Positions 12,451-25,637 of a DNA stretch of 64,000 nt are shown here, in pieces. The notes beneath the pieces were generated by a model that was not told where the DNA came from, did not search any database, and was given only the letters and a program-made list of their open reading frames with translations. The DNA comes from Octopus sinensis (Eukaryota): assembly GCF_006345805.1 (NCBI RefSeq), contig NC_043012.1:58094001-58158000 (forward strand), given 5' to 3'. A program made the translations under genes and the position numbers. Position 1 is the first letter of the stretch. The number at the start of each line of letters is the position of its first letter.

Positions 12451-13436
12451 AGCTCCCAAACAAAATAATTCTGCATGCAGCATCACATTAAGAGCACATA
12501 AAGGGCACGGTGTCAAACTAACGTGGTTGGGTCTTATATACCATAAATTAGTAGGTTAATGTACATGCGATATTTCGACCGTTGTATTTGAATGGTATTT
12601 CATTCTATAAATCTCGAATTGATGGAAGGCAAAGTCAATCTCGGAGGAGTTTGAACTCAGAACAGAAGCCGGATTAAAATGCTGCTAAGTATCAAAGTGC
12701 TCCCTTCTACACATGTCAAATAACAGTAGTTTCTAAAGTTGACTTCGGTCCACATATGTTTGATTAAAGATGATTGATAGCACTTTTTTTAATTGGTCCT
12801 CTCCGAGATAAAACATAAGATCGAGCTAAATAGGATTTGAACTCAGAACATGGCAACACGTAAATAATCGGCTTATTCAGAGCCCCCTCAATTCCTCACC
12901 CCATTCCATGACTCTCTGTCTGATACGAATTGACGTAATGCACAATCGTTTGCACGTCATCTTAAGTATTTCATAACCAATAGTTTTGCAAGCAAATGCA
13001 AAAATATCTCGGAATATTCATCTGACGTCCTGCTATCTTCTTGAATTTTAGATTCTTTACTGATTGTTATGTGAGAAGACAGAACAGGGCAGTTGATTTA
13101 GTTTATGACAAGCCATACAGCTTGTATCATCCCATATCAACGTTAAGATTATTCTGGATCATATAGCGTATAGATTATTCCAAGATTGATTGTATCCGAG
13201 GCGTTATTTTATGTCGTATATGAAAGATTCACTGACGTGATTCGAACATCTATTGTGTTCCTTATAATACGAATTATTTGACTTATCAACTGGTTAAAAT
13301 TTATATTTTCCAACTGAGGTAACATCATGGCGTTTCGATGCTCCGAATTCGTATATGGCCTTGCATTCAGATTTGTTCTGTGTTCATGAATATTTAAATA
13401 CTACAGCAAACTTCATGTGTAGTGGCACACACACAC

Positions 13437-13446
13437 CTCTATCTAT

Positions 13447-13528
<82 letters not shown>

Positions 13529-13538
13529 GTCTATCTAT

Positions 13539-13617
<79 letters not shown>

Positions 13618-13633
13618 CCTACCTACCTATCTA
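13437..13633. repeat. (TATC)n tetranucleotide array
   Basis: Direct. Confidence 0.95.
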
Positions 13634-13902
13634 TGAATATTGTTTACGACGCCAGAAGTTAGAAACGTCGAGAGAGATTAAATAAATCGTTTCTAAACAG
13701 TGGCACTCGAAGTAGATAAAGCTGTAGATATTGGCACAGAGAATATTAGCTTAAAATAAAACCTTGGCTTTAAAAAGTGAACACGTTTTGGATTTTTTAT
13801 CGAAGAAATACTTTTAAACCCTATATTTAGGCGCCATATTTTAAGCTACATTAATTTTCGATTTCCACCATTTAAAAATAGCTATGTTTGTATATACCTG
13901 TA

Positions 13903-14081
13903 CATGCCTGTGCGCAGGAGTGGCTGTGTGGTAAGTAGTTAGCGGTTCGGCAAAAGGGACCGATAGAACAAGTACTAGGCTTACAAAGAATAAGTCCTGG
14001 GGTCGACTTGCTCCACTAAAGGCGATGCTCCAGCATGGCTGCTGTCAAATGATTGAAACAAGTAAAAGAGTAAAAGAGTAT

Positions 14082-14114
<33 letters not shown>

Positions 14115-14225
14115 TATATATATATATTATCACTTTATCATTTTATCTAGTTTCAGCTCACAAACTGAGGCCATGCTGGGGCACCGCCATTAAAAAGAAA
14201 TCGTCCCTGGGTGGGACGATAAATA
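13903..14225. mobile_element. Internally deleted SINE-A (+) and opposing SINE-A tail (-)
   Basis: Head gcgcaggagtggctgtgtggtaagtag is joined directly to the tail; rc tail gaggccatgctggggcaccgcc at ~14170. Confidence 0.75.
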
Positions 14226-14299
14226 TATATATATATATATATCAATTTACATATTTAAAGAAAAGTGCACCTATTGATATCGTGACAAAAGGATTCGTT

Positions 14300-15010
14300 C
14301 GCAACCAAGTTGTTGGAGGTGTGTCCCATGCTTATCATTTTAATCATTTTAATACATGACTCTAACAACTGTAGCTGAGTGATTCGATGCGGTTGAAGGA
14401 AACTGCACTGCAGAAGGAGACTCAACAGAGGTCCGTCCAATATATATACTTTGTGAACAGTAATGGCTGTTAGACGTGACATGGACAACTGCAACGATGA
14501 CTACAAACCATGGCGAGCAGGAAGAGACACAGCAGGCGTTCTGACTGCGTCCGCACGCCAAATTTAACCCTCCACCCTACAAAATCTTTTAAAAGGGCCT
14601 TAGGCTCAATCCAAGCCGTTATGTGGAGCTGCTGGAGACTGGCTGGTCAAACCTTGGCCGAAGTGGGTTGCTGCTGAAAAGCCATATGTGTGACTACAGA
14701 ATTCGGTTCCTTAGCATACCTTCGGAAAGGAGTCAGAAGTGGTTCTCGGAGAATTTCTACGGCTACAGTATCACCAGTTTCTGGTTTCCTTGATCGTAAT
14801 GTCGTGAGGGGCGTGATTGAGAAAAATACCAACCTTTCAACCTGCAACACCAAGGATGGGCTGATTGCCAAGTTCAAGGAGGTGTTCGATGCTTCCGGAA
14901 CAGTTCTGAAACCGCGGTGGAAGCTGACGGCAGCGACGTTGAGTAATCTGTAATCTCCCAACCATAACCAAGTCGGTCATTTTTGATCTTTTAAAATACT
15001 GTTATTTTTT
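14300..15010 (+). mobile_element. Internally deleted Tc1/mariner-superfamily transposon relic
   Basis: Broken translation RKRHSRRSDCVRTP ... RYVELLET.VKPW..VAAEKPYV ... SQKWFSENFY ... GVIEKNTNLSTCNTKDGLIAKFKEVF matches DD(D/E) transposase segments. Confidence 0.7.
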
Positions 15011-15126
15011 TGATGGAGTATTGTGTTTTCTTTCCCTTTTATGCAAACTCTCAAATTTAGCTCGAACACTGTGTGGGTGTACATATATATATATGTGTGT
15101 ATGTGTGTGTGTGTATGTGCACAGAA

Positions 15127-15164
<38 letters not shown>

Positions 15165-15814
15165 AGAGAGATAGAGAGCGTGATGAACATGAATACTTGC
15201 GTTTGAGTGACCTACATGCGTTGATATATGCGAGAATACGCAGGTTTGCCGAATCGAAACAATTGCTTGTCTTTCAAGATAGAGTGTGGGAGCATTATAT
15301 ATTGCTAATATATTACTAACATATTGTTACATGACAGCTTCGTGTATAGGCCTCTATAGCATGAATACGAACGTGAAAACTAGATAGCTATTACATAAAT
15401 AGAAAGATATTTATTTTTCCCCTGGTCTCTTTCCTATCTTTACATTATTCATTCACAGGCAACGTTTTTATTGAATGCATGGAAACATAGTGGCGAGAGC
15501 TGAAATAAATAAATAGATAAATAAATAAAAAAAATAAAAATACGAGTGCGTTCACTAGGCATTTTACTGACATCACAAATAACATCAGTGAAAGTCATAA
15601 GCTACACTCACCCCATTTCATATCTCGATTTACTATGCTCACCCCAAACTCTAATGTATTATGGAAATCTATAAGTGGCCGTTGGCCTTGATTAGAAACG
15701 GCAGTGAAGTGTTTTGAATCTTAACTTATTGCCGTAAAAAAATGAAGGAAAGAGATAATGTATAACGAAGAAAAAAATCAGGAACATTACAGTTATTTTT
15801 GTTGTACACGTTTC

Positions 15815-16125
15815 GGTAGTTAGACAGCGGCCGTCCTGGGGCAGCAAAATGAAGAATTTTAGTCGAACGAATCCATACTAGTACGATCTATTTAAAAGTT
15901 TGGTACTTATTCTATCCATCACTTTTGCGAACCACTATGTCACAGGCTGGTAAACACACCAATACTGGCTGTCAGGAGGCGGATGATCGGGACAGAGACC
16001 CAAAGACACACACACACTCACACACACACATACGTGTACGACGGGCTTCATTCAGTTTCCGCCTACCAAACTCACTCCTCAGCCTTTGGTCGGGCCGAGG
16101 CTATAGTAGAAGACACTTGACCAAG
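15815..16125 (-). mobile_element. SINE-A (5'-truncated)
   Basis: cgggcttcattcagtttccgcctaccaaactcactc...ctatagtagaagacacttg. Confidence 0.8.
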
Positions 16126-16199
16126 TCGTCCATCAGGGGCTACTTGCATGAATTCATTTCCCTGAAAATGGGCTACACACACACACACACACACACACC

Positions 16200-16253
<54 letters not shown>

Positions 16254-16638
16254 CACGTTGAAGATTTAATAAGGGATTAAAATAGAATGACTCTAGCCAG
16301 AAGGATAGAAAATTGACATTATATATATATATATATATATATACAAGTTAAAGATTTAATTAGGCATTAAAACAGAATGTCTCTCCTCAGAAAGATAGAA
16401 AATGGACATTAGGAAGTTAATAATTGTTTATCATTAACAACAAATATATCATCTACTTTTCTTACAGCCGTTTCCATTAATACGCAATAATTTAATTACA
16501 AATTTTTTCATTAAATTTACATTTATGTGACTTGAGTATAATTTCATCGGAGTAAAAAAGATGTACCTTTGAATGTTATATGTGGGCTTATCATTTCATT
16601 TTAGCAGGCACACACGCACACATACACACGCACAAACA

Positions 16639-16676
<38 letters not shown>

Positions 16677-16924
16677 ACATCTATTTTATTAATACTGTTA
16701 CCCCAACCGCCACTACGAAGTTCCTGCAATAAACCTACGGATAACAACAGGTAATCGAAACTGCTGGTACTTTACTCATAATCTATTTATACATTTTGTA
16801 CATTATATATATATTTTTATACACACACCCGGATTCACCCATATGGCTTTGCCATTTCAAATTGTATTCCTTGGGGTATTAAGTACCGAGATTTGCTGCT
16901 CAAAAGTTAATGTATGAACTAACA

Positions 16925-17135
16925 AGGCAGCAAGCTGGCCGAATCATAACCGCATCGGATAAAATGCTTAGTAGTATTTCCTCTGATTTTACGGTCTGAG
17001 TTCAAATGCTACTGGAGTCGACCTTGCCATATATCACTTCTGGTTCGATAAAATAAGTACTAGGTGAGTACTGAGTTCGATGTGGTGGACTTAGTCCCTT
17101 CTCCGTAATTGCTGGCTTTGTGCCAAAATTTGAAA
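16925..17135 (+). mobile_element. SINE-B
   Basis: aaggcagcaagctggccgaatc...tctgagttcaaatg...ctttgtgccaaaatttgaaac. Confidence 0.8.
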
Positions 17136-17508
17136 CTGAGATGCGTGCGCACACAAAAGGCTCGCAACCACTCACACACATGCACATAAACACATAATGG
17201 GAAGGGGGAAATCTTCTTCGTACGACGTTGTGGAGGATGCTACTGGGCTATCAACTGAATTGCCCATCTTTGAATTGCTGTGGGAGATGCTGTATATGTC
17301 ATACAGACACATCTGGTAATGTTGGTAGTGTCTCTTAGTCTAAGAAATATGGCTGTACAATTTCTTACAGAATAATCTGCATGAATGGTTTTCTTTGTAG
17401 TGACTAAATGTATGTGCTCACCCCCATTAGGAAATTAACGTTGTCTGAACAGGTGTACGGTTTACATACATCAGGTGTTGAAGTACTCGCAGAATAATGT
17501 GATATGAA

Positions 17509-17581
17509 GTTTCAATTCCTGGGCTGGGTGATGTGTTGTGTCCTTAGAACACAACACATCACCTAGCCCAGGAATTGAAAC
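17509..17581 (+). other. 73 nt near-perfect hairpin made from SINE-C head sequence
   Basis: 33 bp arms (17509-17541 / 17549-17581), fully paired with one G:U on the + strand; 7 nt loop CCTTAGA. Confidence 0.85.
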
Positions 17582-17779
17582 TCTGATTTCGTGATCATTA
17601 GTAGAATACCCTAACCACAGGGTCATGAGACCTCAATCCATTTAGCTTTAAAACATGGCACTTTTAACACGTCGAGAATTTATCAAAGTAGATATCAGAT
17701 CAACCTGCACAAATGATTTGTGTATAATGATCAAATCTATGTAACGTACATTAGCTCACTCCCTCCAACAGATCGACGT

Positions 17780-18350
17780 TGCTTAATACGATGTACGTTG
17801 CATTACACGCCAGGTGTCGCAGTGATCACAGAGCGTCGTGAAATGAGGTGTCTGGCTCGAGATCACAAGTCGCCATCCGGGAACTGAAACCACAGTCTTG
17901 CAATTTTGAATGGAATTGAAACCAGGATCTTGCAACCGCTGAGGCTCCTTCTTCTTCCAATCGGGACCCATGACATTAGCCACAAAGAATAACCTCTAAT
18001 TCGAGCCTACTCTAAGCTACTAAGAATGCGTGTGGCAACTTGAAGATCCACCCACCACGCGCGATAGACTGGCGATTGCGCGGGCGCGAAAGCTACGTTG
18101 TTATCCTCATTCCGTAAACGGTTGCTTTTAACGGGTGGAGAGCTGAACCATCCTGGAGTACAGAGGATTCGCAATCTAGACTAGGGTCTGAAAGTTTACC
18201 ACACCATAGCGGGTTACACCATCGTTCCTGTGCTTTGTGGCAGAAGTAGGGAGTAAGAGTGAGAGAAAGTTGCGGTGAAAGAGTACAGCGGGGTTCACCA
18301 CCCTCCCCCCCTCGCCGGAGACTCGTGGTGCTTAGATGTTTTTGCTCATT
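17780..18350 (-). mobile_element. Unclassified retroelement-like relic (possibly RTE-type 5' region plus SINE-C piece)
   Basis: GC-richer block; gagtaagagtgagagaaagttgcggtgaaagagtacagc is a recurrent interspersed motif as I recall it; no intact ORF. Confidence 0.35.
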
Positions 18351-18819
18351 GCTGATGCAGCATTCTAACCACTAGTTGATGCGTCCTCACTACAGACATA
18401 CATATGACCCGTTAAAGTAATTCTCAAAATATCACAGAAGGAAAATGGAAAATCAAAGTTTATTTCGGTGGGATTTAAACTCAATCGGCTGACAATCTTT
18501 AGCAAATACCACAAAGTATTCTTTGCATCTTTCTAACCATTATGTTAATTCCCCATATTTTTCTACGTCTTATACATTTTCGTTAATTAAAGATTACTAA
18601 AATATCTTCCCACCCACAGCATTTGCATAAAGTTATTTTCTTCTCATTAACTGAAATTTTAATCAAGTGAACTCTATTAGCTTTCTGTTATAAAATTTGA
18701 AACCATGGACGACTTCACTAATACGTCTTCTTTGTAGAGAGCATACCTGGCTTTTCACTATCCCGCTTATTATCTTTTATTGTCATATTAGCTCTAGGAG
18801 TAAGTATAACTAATTGATA

Positions 18820-19043
18820 ATGAAAGGCGGCCGGCTGAAAGGACCATTATCACACCGGACAAAGTGCTTGGAGGCATTTCTTCTTTCGTTACATTTGTAA
18901 TTTCAAGTTCGACCGAGGTGGATTTTACGTGTCAGCCTTTTGCGTTCGATAAGATAACTACCGGTTAGGTACTGGGTCGGTGTACTACACTTCTGCATCC
19001 CTACAAAACTGCTGGCCCTGTTCCCAAATTTGAAAGCATTATT
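18820..19043 (+). mobile_element. Old SINE-B
   Basis: Degenerate aaggcggccggctg...caagttcgaccgaggtgg...cccaaatttgaaagcattatt. Confidence 0.7.
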
Positions 19044-19474
19044 CTTTTCTACTCAAGAAACAAGGCCCGAAATTTTGAGTAAGTAGGCCAGTCGATTTGA
19101 TCGACCCCAGTACGCAACTGGTACTTAATTCATCGACCCCGAAAAGATGAAAGGCAAAGTCGACCTCGGCGGAATTTGAACTCAGAACGTAAAGACAGAC
19201 GAAATATTGCTGAGCATTTCACCCAGTGTGCCAACGTTTCTTATTTCTTTATTGCCCACAAGGGGCTAAGCATAGAGGGGACAAACAAGGACAGGCAAAG
19301 GGATTAAGTCGATTACATTGACCCCAGTGCTTAACTGGTGCTTAATTTATCTACCCCGATAGGATGAAAGGCAAAGTCGACATCGGCAGAATTTGAACTC
19401 AGAACGTAACAGCAGACGAAATACTGTTAAGCATTTCGCCCAGCGTTCTGACGTTTCTGCCAGCCCGCCGCCTG
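19044..19474 (-). mobile_element. Younger two-module SINE-B inserted with a 17 bp TSD
   Basis: AATTTGAAAGCATTATT at 19027-19043 and at 19475-19491 flanks the element exactly. Confidence 0.9.
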
Positions 19475-19502
19475 AATTTGAAAGCATTATTGAAAGGTTA
19501 AT

Positions 19503-19600
19503 GAAAGGCGGCGAATTGGCAGAATAATTAACACGCCGGGCAAAACGCTAAGCAGTATTTCTTTCGTCTTTACGTTCTGAGTTCAAATTCGGCAGGGTTC
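19503..19600 (+). mobile_element. SINE-B 5' fragment, head-to-head with the preceding copy
   Basis: aaggcggcgaattggcagaat...gttctgagttcaaattc. Confidence 0.85.
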
Positions 19601-20342
19601 AATACAAAAAAGTGCCATTAAAAAGAAATGTCGTGGCAATCGACATACGCAACCATCACAATTGCTGGCCTTGTGAAAAAGAAATAAAATAAAGGATTAT
19701 TCAAAGACAATGCTCACTTAATGAGGTTTCATAAGAACGGAATTTATCCGTATTTTTAACATAACTGAGAAAATTTAGATTCATTCTCAACACCATGTTA
19801 TATTTAACGAACGTTTTTATGAATTTTAATGTCTGGGTTGTCTACACTGTCCCATTTTCTTTTTACACCACGGTTAATAATATAGACAAAATTTTGTTTT
19901 CATTTCGTGGTTTACTGCATTGAATATGTTCGTGACTAATTTATTGTTGCAGGAAAGTATTAGTTTATGACTTCCTGGTTTCGTAGTAAATTAGTTAAGT
20001 GGACATTTGTTTTTTGTTTGATAATGTTAGATGTGAGAGATGTAGATATAAGGCGGAAGGGTTAGGAGATGGGGAGAGATAGGGAGAGAAAGAGATAGAT
20101 ATAGTGGAAGCACGCGAGGTGAAGGAAAATGTATAACCAACAGAGGTGCAGACAAACATATAGACAGTAAACAGTCCAATGATGTATGTATGTATGTATG
20201 TATGTATGTATGTATGTATGTATGTATGTATGTCTACAAGGTTCTATCTTTGTCATATAGTTAACACAGACGAATGAACGTGTGTGTGTGTGTGTGTATT
20301 CCTGCATGCATGTATGTATATATATATATACACTTCTCTATA

Positions 20343-20398
<56 letters not shown>

Positions 20399-20493
20399 CC
20401 TATAGATATGACAGAGAGAAAGAAGACGAGAGATCCAAAGATGGAATATATATACATACATACATACATATATATATATATATATTATATATA

Positions 20494-20574
<81 letters not shown>

Positions 20575-21514
20575 GTATGTAGCGAACTAGGAACACGGAG
20601 GCAAATCAAATGGAAGGAGACTGGATATATCTACTAGAAACATGGGTCAACATATCCATCCATGATCAACGAGACAGACGGATGGACGGTTTAAACAGTT
20701 AGACAGAAATAGAGTTATTGAAACACGGGCCTTATAATAAACATTGAACGACACAGACGTAGAGACAAACAGCTATACAGACAAACTGACAGACAGGACG
20801 TGGAAACAGACGGCGACAGACATGTGTAGACAGATAAAAAGCGGGAGACGTAGAAAAAGTGAGAGATTGGATTACACATCGGCAACAAACTTAGAAACAC
20901 AGTCGGGCCGACACACAGGCAAAGAAATTATTAGTAGAGAAAGACAGAGATAAACAAATGGAACGATAGAGAAAAATGTGTAAAGAGACAGAACGACTAA
21001 GAGATAGATAGAAAGATAGATAGATAGATAATAGAGAGAAGACGAGTTCGAGAGAAAGAGACGGGAGCAAAGGGAGGTAAGAAGAAAGACAGAGGTAGCA
21101 TCTTCTATTGACTTTCTGACTAAAAACAAATTGTGTAATGACTGTCTAGTCTATCTATTTTCGGGTAAATTTCAATTTCGTTGTCTATTTTTATGAATAA
21201 GAACACATACAACACCGATCAATTTATAATAATTATTTAACATTATTGAAATCTAAATAATATTGCTATCATCTGATAAATATACCAGTGTAATTTATAC
21301 GTAAAGAAACAAATGATGCTTTTTTTGGATATTATTAAATGGCGAGCGAGTGTATCACATCTTTTTTTTTCTTATTCGTTGGAGCCTCGTTATGTTTGTT
21401 ATATGATGGATCGTCACGCACATTCATTGTCTTATTAAATTCAGGGCGTTTCATAGTAAATTGCAAGAAGTATTAAGACGTTATAAATTATCAAGTTCAT
21501 AGTGTAATTTCAGA

Positions 21515-21830
21515 AGCGGTAGAGCGTTGGACAAAATACTGTTCGATATTTCTTCTAGCATTCTGAGTTCAATTCACGCTGTGGTCAACGTTGTCTTTTA
21601 TCTTTCCAGGGTCGATAAATAAAGTCCCAGTCTATGATGATTGACCGATAGAATCGTTCGATATTTCTTCTAGGATTCTGAGTTCAGTTCACGCTGTGGT
21701 CAATGTTGTCTTTTATCTTTCCAGAGTAGATAAATAAGTCCCAGTCTATGATGATTCACCGATGGCATCGTTGGAGCTTGGGCTTCCTTGCTGTGTTTGT
21801 TCCGTCTTTTTGTGTTCTGAGTTCAAATTC
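21515..21830 (+). mobile_element. SINE-B relic with ~113 bp internal tandem duplication
   Basis: ttcgatatttcttctag...cccagtctatgatgatt occurs twice (from ~21543 and ~21657). Confidence 0.8.
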
Positions 21831-22823
21831 CACCGTAGCCTATATGACGGGTAGATTTAATTGGTCTCCTGCTTCAACATTACCAGTTGTATCTTGGTTA
21901 CCTTTGTCAAATGTCTGTCATGTGCATGCATTTCAGCATCGTATCTGGTTTAAGTTTATTTTTCTTCCTCCATCTCTTCCATCCACCACTCTCAGTGACC
22001 CTGTAAAGTGCCACGAGTACCCCTACCCACATCTAACTAAGCGATAAAAAATGTCCTACGCATTCGGTAAAAACACCCCACCTATCTTAAAGCTATAAAC
22101 AACAGTATCGCTGTTTATTTAGGAGTGTTTTGTCGACAGCCCTTGTTGATATCAAATAACTAAATTTCTTCATGGCTTAGAATAATATTCTTTTGAAGTA
22201 CTGGAGTGTTAATCACATGTCGAACCGTGTAACAAATACAATAAACTTGAAACAAAATAACTTCTGTGTAACTTATACCTACATTCTGTTAGCAGTTCCT
22301 TTTACATCACTACTTCGACAAGCAAAGTAAAAGTTATATTTCACTGATGTGGTCAGAATAATACCGAGGCATGTCTGGTGTGGTCGCGCCTTAATTTGGG
22401 GAATAAGTAAATAAGCTGTGTCATTGATAGATATCGTTTCCTTTTTTTTTATCTTCTTTATTGCATATCTGTTTCTAGTTTATTCATACGTTGATAAATA
22501 AATAAATTAATTAATTAATAATGTCTTTCGAAAAGACATAAAGCAACTTACTGCGAGCAGAGAAATATCTTATCGCCAATATCTACAACAAAAATCGATG
22601 GAGATACTTTTCAAGTACTTAGTATAGGAAATGAATTACGGACCAAAATTCTACATCGGTGTGAATGGAAATCAGAACAGAAAAGACAGGAAAAAAACCA
22701 ACACGAATCCAAATGGCAATTCTACAAAGCGTTTAATTCTTCAGTCTATAATTTCTGTCAAATCTTCAATCGCTGTTAGAACTTTATATATTTCCTTTCT
22801 TTTATTTTCTCCTCTTTCTTCAT

Positions 22824-22912
<89 letters not shown>

Positions 22913-23762
22913 ATTGATTGATTAATGGATTGATTAATAACATGCTAAGACAAACAAGACTTTGTCTCATAATGAGGCCTTTATCTATAAAGCTGTGTAA
23001 GAAATTTAAAACTTTCCTCATTCGCTCTCATTATATTGGCCAATACCGAAAGACAGTTTTATTATTTCTTATAAACTTAATTTACTTATATCATTCAGAA
23101 ACGAAAGCAAATTAATTTATTTCCTCAAATCTTCTTAGTATATTTAAATAAGAACATTTCAGATAATGTTTAACAGTATTATATTCCCTGTTCGCTCTAA
23201 GTGTTATTTGATTAGTTTTAAATTATATCCACTCGTGATAATAACTACAGCATTCAACCTTTTTTTTTTCTTTTCTTTTTCTTTTCTTTTTTCATTTGGC
23301 ACTAATCCTTAATTTGTCTTACAGTAACCAGATAAATAAAAACGTAGAAACTCATTTACGCACATTGCTATAGTCGTTCATTGACAATATGTACGTATTA
23401 TATACATTAATACTCAGTCACAGACTCATATATGCAATTACATACCTCCATACACTGATATACAATCACAAACGTTCATACGCAATCATGTATAATACTA
23501 TACATTCACAAATGCACACAAAACCTCACGTAAAGGCTATGATTACAGGACGGATAATAAAGGAATCTAGCATATTATGTTTACGCCATATAAACCTATG
23601 ATTGTCAGCTGAAATGGATCACTATACTAAAATGAGTTGAACGAACGTTACATAACGGTATGTGCTACAAACAGGACGCTTACGAACACAAGTATTCAAA
23701 GGGCAAATTAAAAATAAGCTAATTATCACGTGATAGAATAACGTAGCAATTTAATCTGCCAG

Positions 23763-23890
23763 GACCCATCAAACTCTGGTCTTCACGATGATTGGAAATT
23801 GCAGGTATGAGAAAATGGTGAAGGGAATTAGTTTGGGATATAAGCAAACCTATATTATAGGATCCGATGTAAAGGAACTTATCATTAAAG
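23763..23890 (+). CDS. Best candidate host-gene exon: THQTLVFTMIGNCRYEKMVKGISLGYKQTYIIGSDVKELIIK(G)
   Basis: Acceptor tttaatctgccag|G, consensus donor AAG|GTAAGT, 128 nt open, protein-like composition, unique sequence. Product not recognised. Confidence 0.35.
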
Positions 23891-24231
23891 GTAAGTGTTT
23901 GAAGAATTTTTTTTTTTTTGCATACATTTATGGTGCAACAGCCATAAGTGCTTATCGCGACTTTATGCTGGAAGGATTGATGAATCATAAATAGATTAAC
24001 TTCTATCAGAAAAGTAGGGGGTTTAGACTATAAAGTTTGATTTCCAATGGTCGATTTTCGGTCAATCTCCTACAGTTACCAGTGAAGTTGACCAAAAAGG
24101 GTCCGCTGAACAAAGCCGGAGTCCAAGATGCATAAAACACCATTTTTCTTTCACAGTAATTAACATGCGCAGAAGGCACGTGTGTTAGTCTGTGTATATA
24201 TGTGTATTTAACTGTATGTGAGTGTGTGTGT

Positions 24232-24275
<44 letters not shown>

Positions 24276-25025
24276 GCGTGCGTGTGTGTGCGTGTGTGCG
24301 TGCGTGTGTGTGTGTATAACTACATGTGGATTGTTGGCGATTTTTTTTCTTCTGATTTCTTTTGGACTTCCCTCTGTTACCTATTTCTGAAGAAAAACTT
24401 TGCTTGAAACGTAAAACAGCCTTTCTTCTTTTTCCTGAGCGTCTTATTAATACTTTGCATGTACCACGACCTAGTATTGTTGTTTTTGTTTCTTATATAT
24501 ATGTGTGTGTATGTATGTATTTATGTATGTATGCATGTATGTATGTATGTATATATGTATGTATAAGAAAAAGAGATGACAGGAAAATCGATGGTTATGT
24601 TTTGAACAGCTGTTTCTGTTATAAGATGCAGTTTATTCCTTGGTTAATGCTTGTGTAGCGTCGCACAGCTTCATCGAAGCATCGAATATGAAGTGAAATA
24701 CATTGGGGAAGAAAATAAAGATACGTTACTGTGTCATCTCTTTTCCTCATCACCACTCTATACCCATCAGTAAGAATCTCTCAAGTGAGCTGAAGAGCAG
24801 AAAGTCTTTTGAGAAGAAACCCCATGAAGCAAGTATATCAACCCTTAACTTCTTACTCTGTAAGGGTGCCGGGCCGCATCTAAATCATGGCTCCAGTGTG
24901 CCTTTCAGCTGAAATTTTCTTGCAAGTTAGTTATAGGAAACTTGTGCATTCAAACCGCAGGGAGATTTGATCCGGCTGGAATGTCTCTTCGTTTTGAGCG
25001 TGTGTGTGTGTGTGTGTGTGTGTTC

Positions 25026-25081
<56 letters not shown>

Positions 25082-25520
25082 AGCTAAACGTTGTGTTTAG
25101 TCTGTGATAGAGAGCCAATGAACATTTTGATTTCCTTTAGAGGTTTACTTGAAAGGGCAGTAGTGAATGATCCGGTTTCATTGGAATTTTCGCTAAGTAG
25201 TATAAAGGAAACAGAAATATTGTGTCATGTATGAGGCGCAATGAATAGGATCGTTGTGTGATAATGAAACACACCAAAAAGAGATTAAAGGCAAAAAATA
25301 ACAGGAAATCATGTCAATTACACAATCATCTGCGGTTATAAACACGATCAAACTTAATTGACAATAAAGAGCAGTATGACCAAAAACAGCAACTCATCTT
25401 TTGCTAGCGTTGCACGATGAAAAAATATACTTAAATGAAAGATAAACAGTTTTAGGCAAGGAAAATAACGCGGAGAAAATATGTTACTAAAATAATTACG
25501 GTTTTTTTTTTTTTTACCAG

Positions 25521-25637
25521 AGGCATTTACTAAGAAGGGGAAAGCAATTAATTAACATAAGTGTTTTTCAAAAACCAGAGTATGTATTTACATGCTTTCG
25601 AAAGCAGAGCAGGAAAGACTCTTGTTCAATGCGTGGA
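25521..25637 (+). CDS. Candidate exon RHLLRRGKQLINISVFQKPEYVFTCFRKQSRKDSCSMRG
   Basis: Poly-T acceptor ...ttttaccag|, donor GGA|GTAAGT, 117 nt, phase 0-0, open. Could be chance. Confidence 0.2.

Noticed and set aside
13335-13375. Partial hammerhead-like strings here and near 35630-35660
   Set aside because: The CUGANGA core is not satisfied and stem I does not pair.
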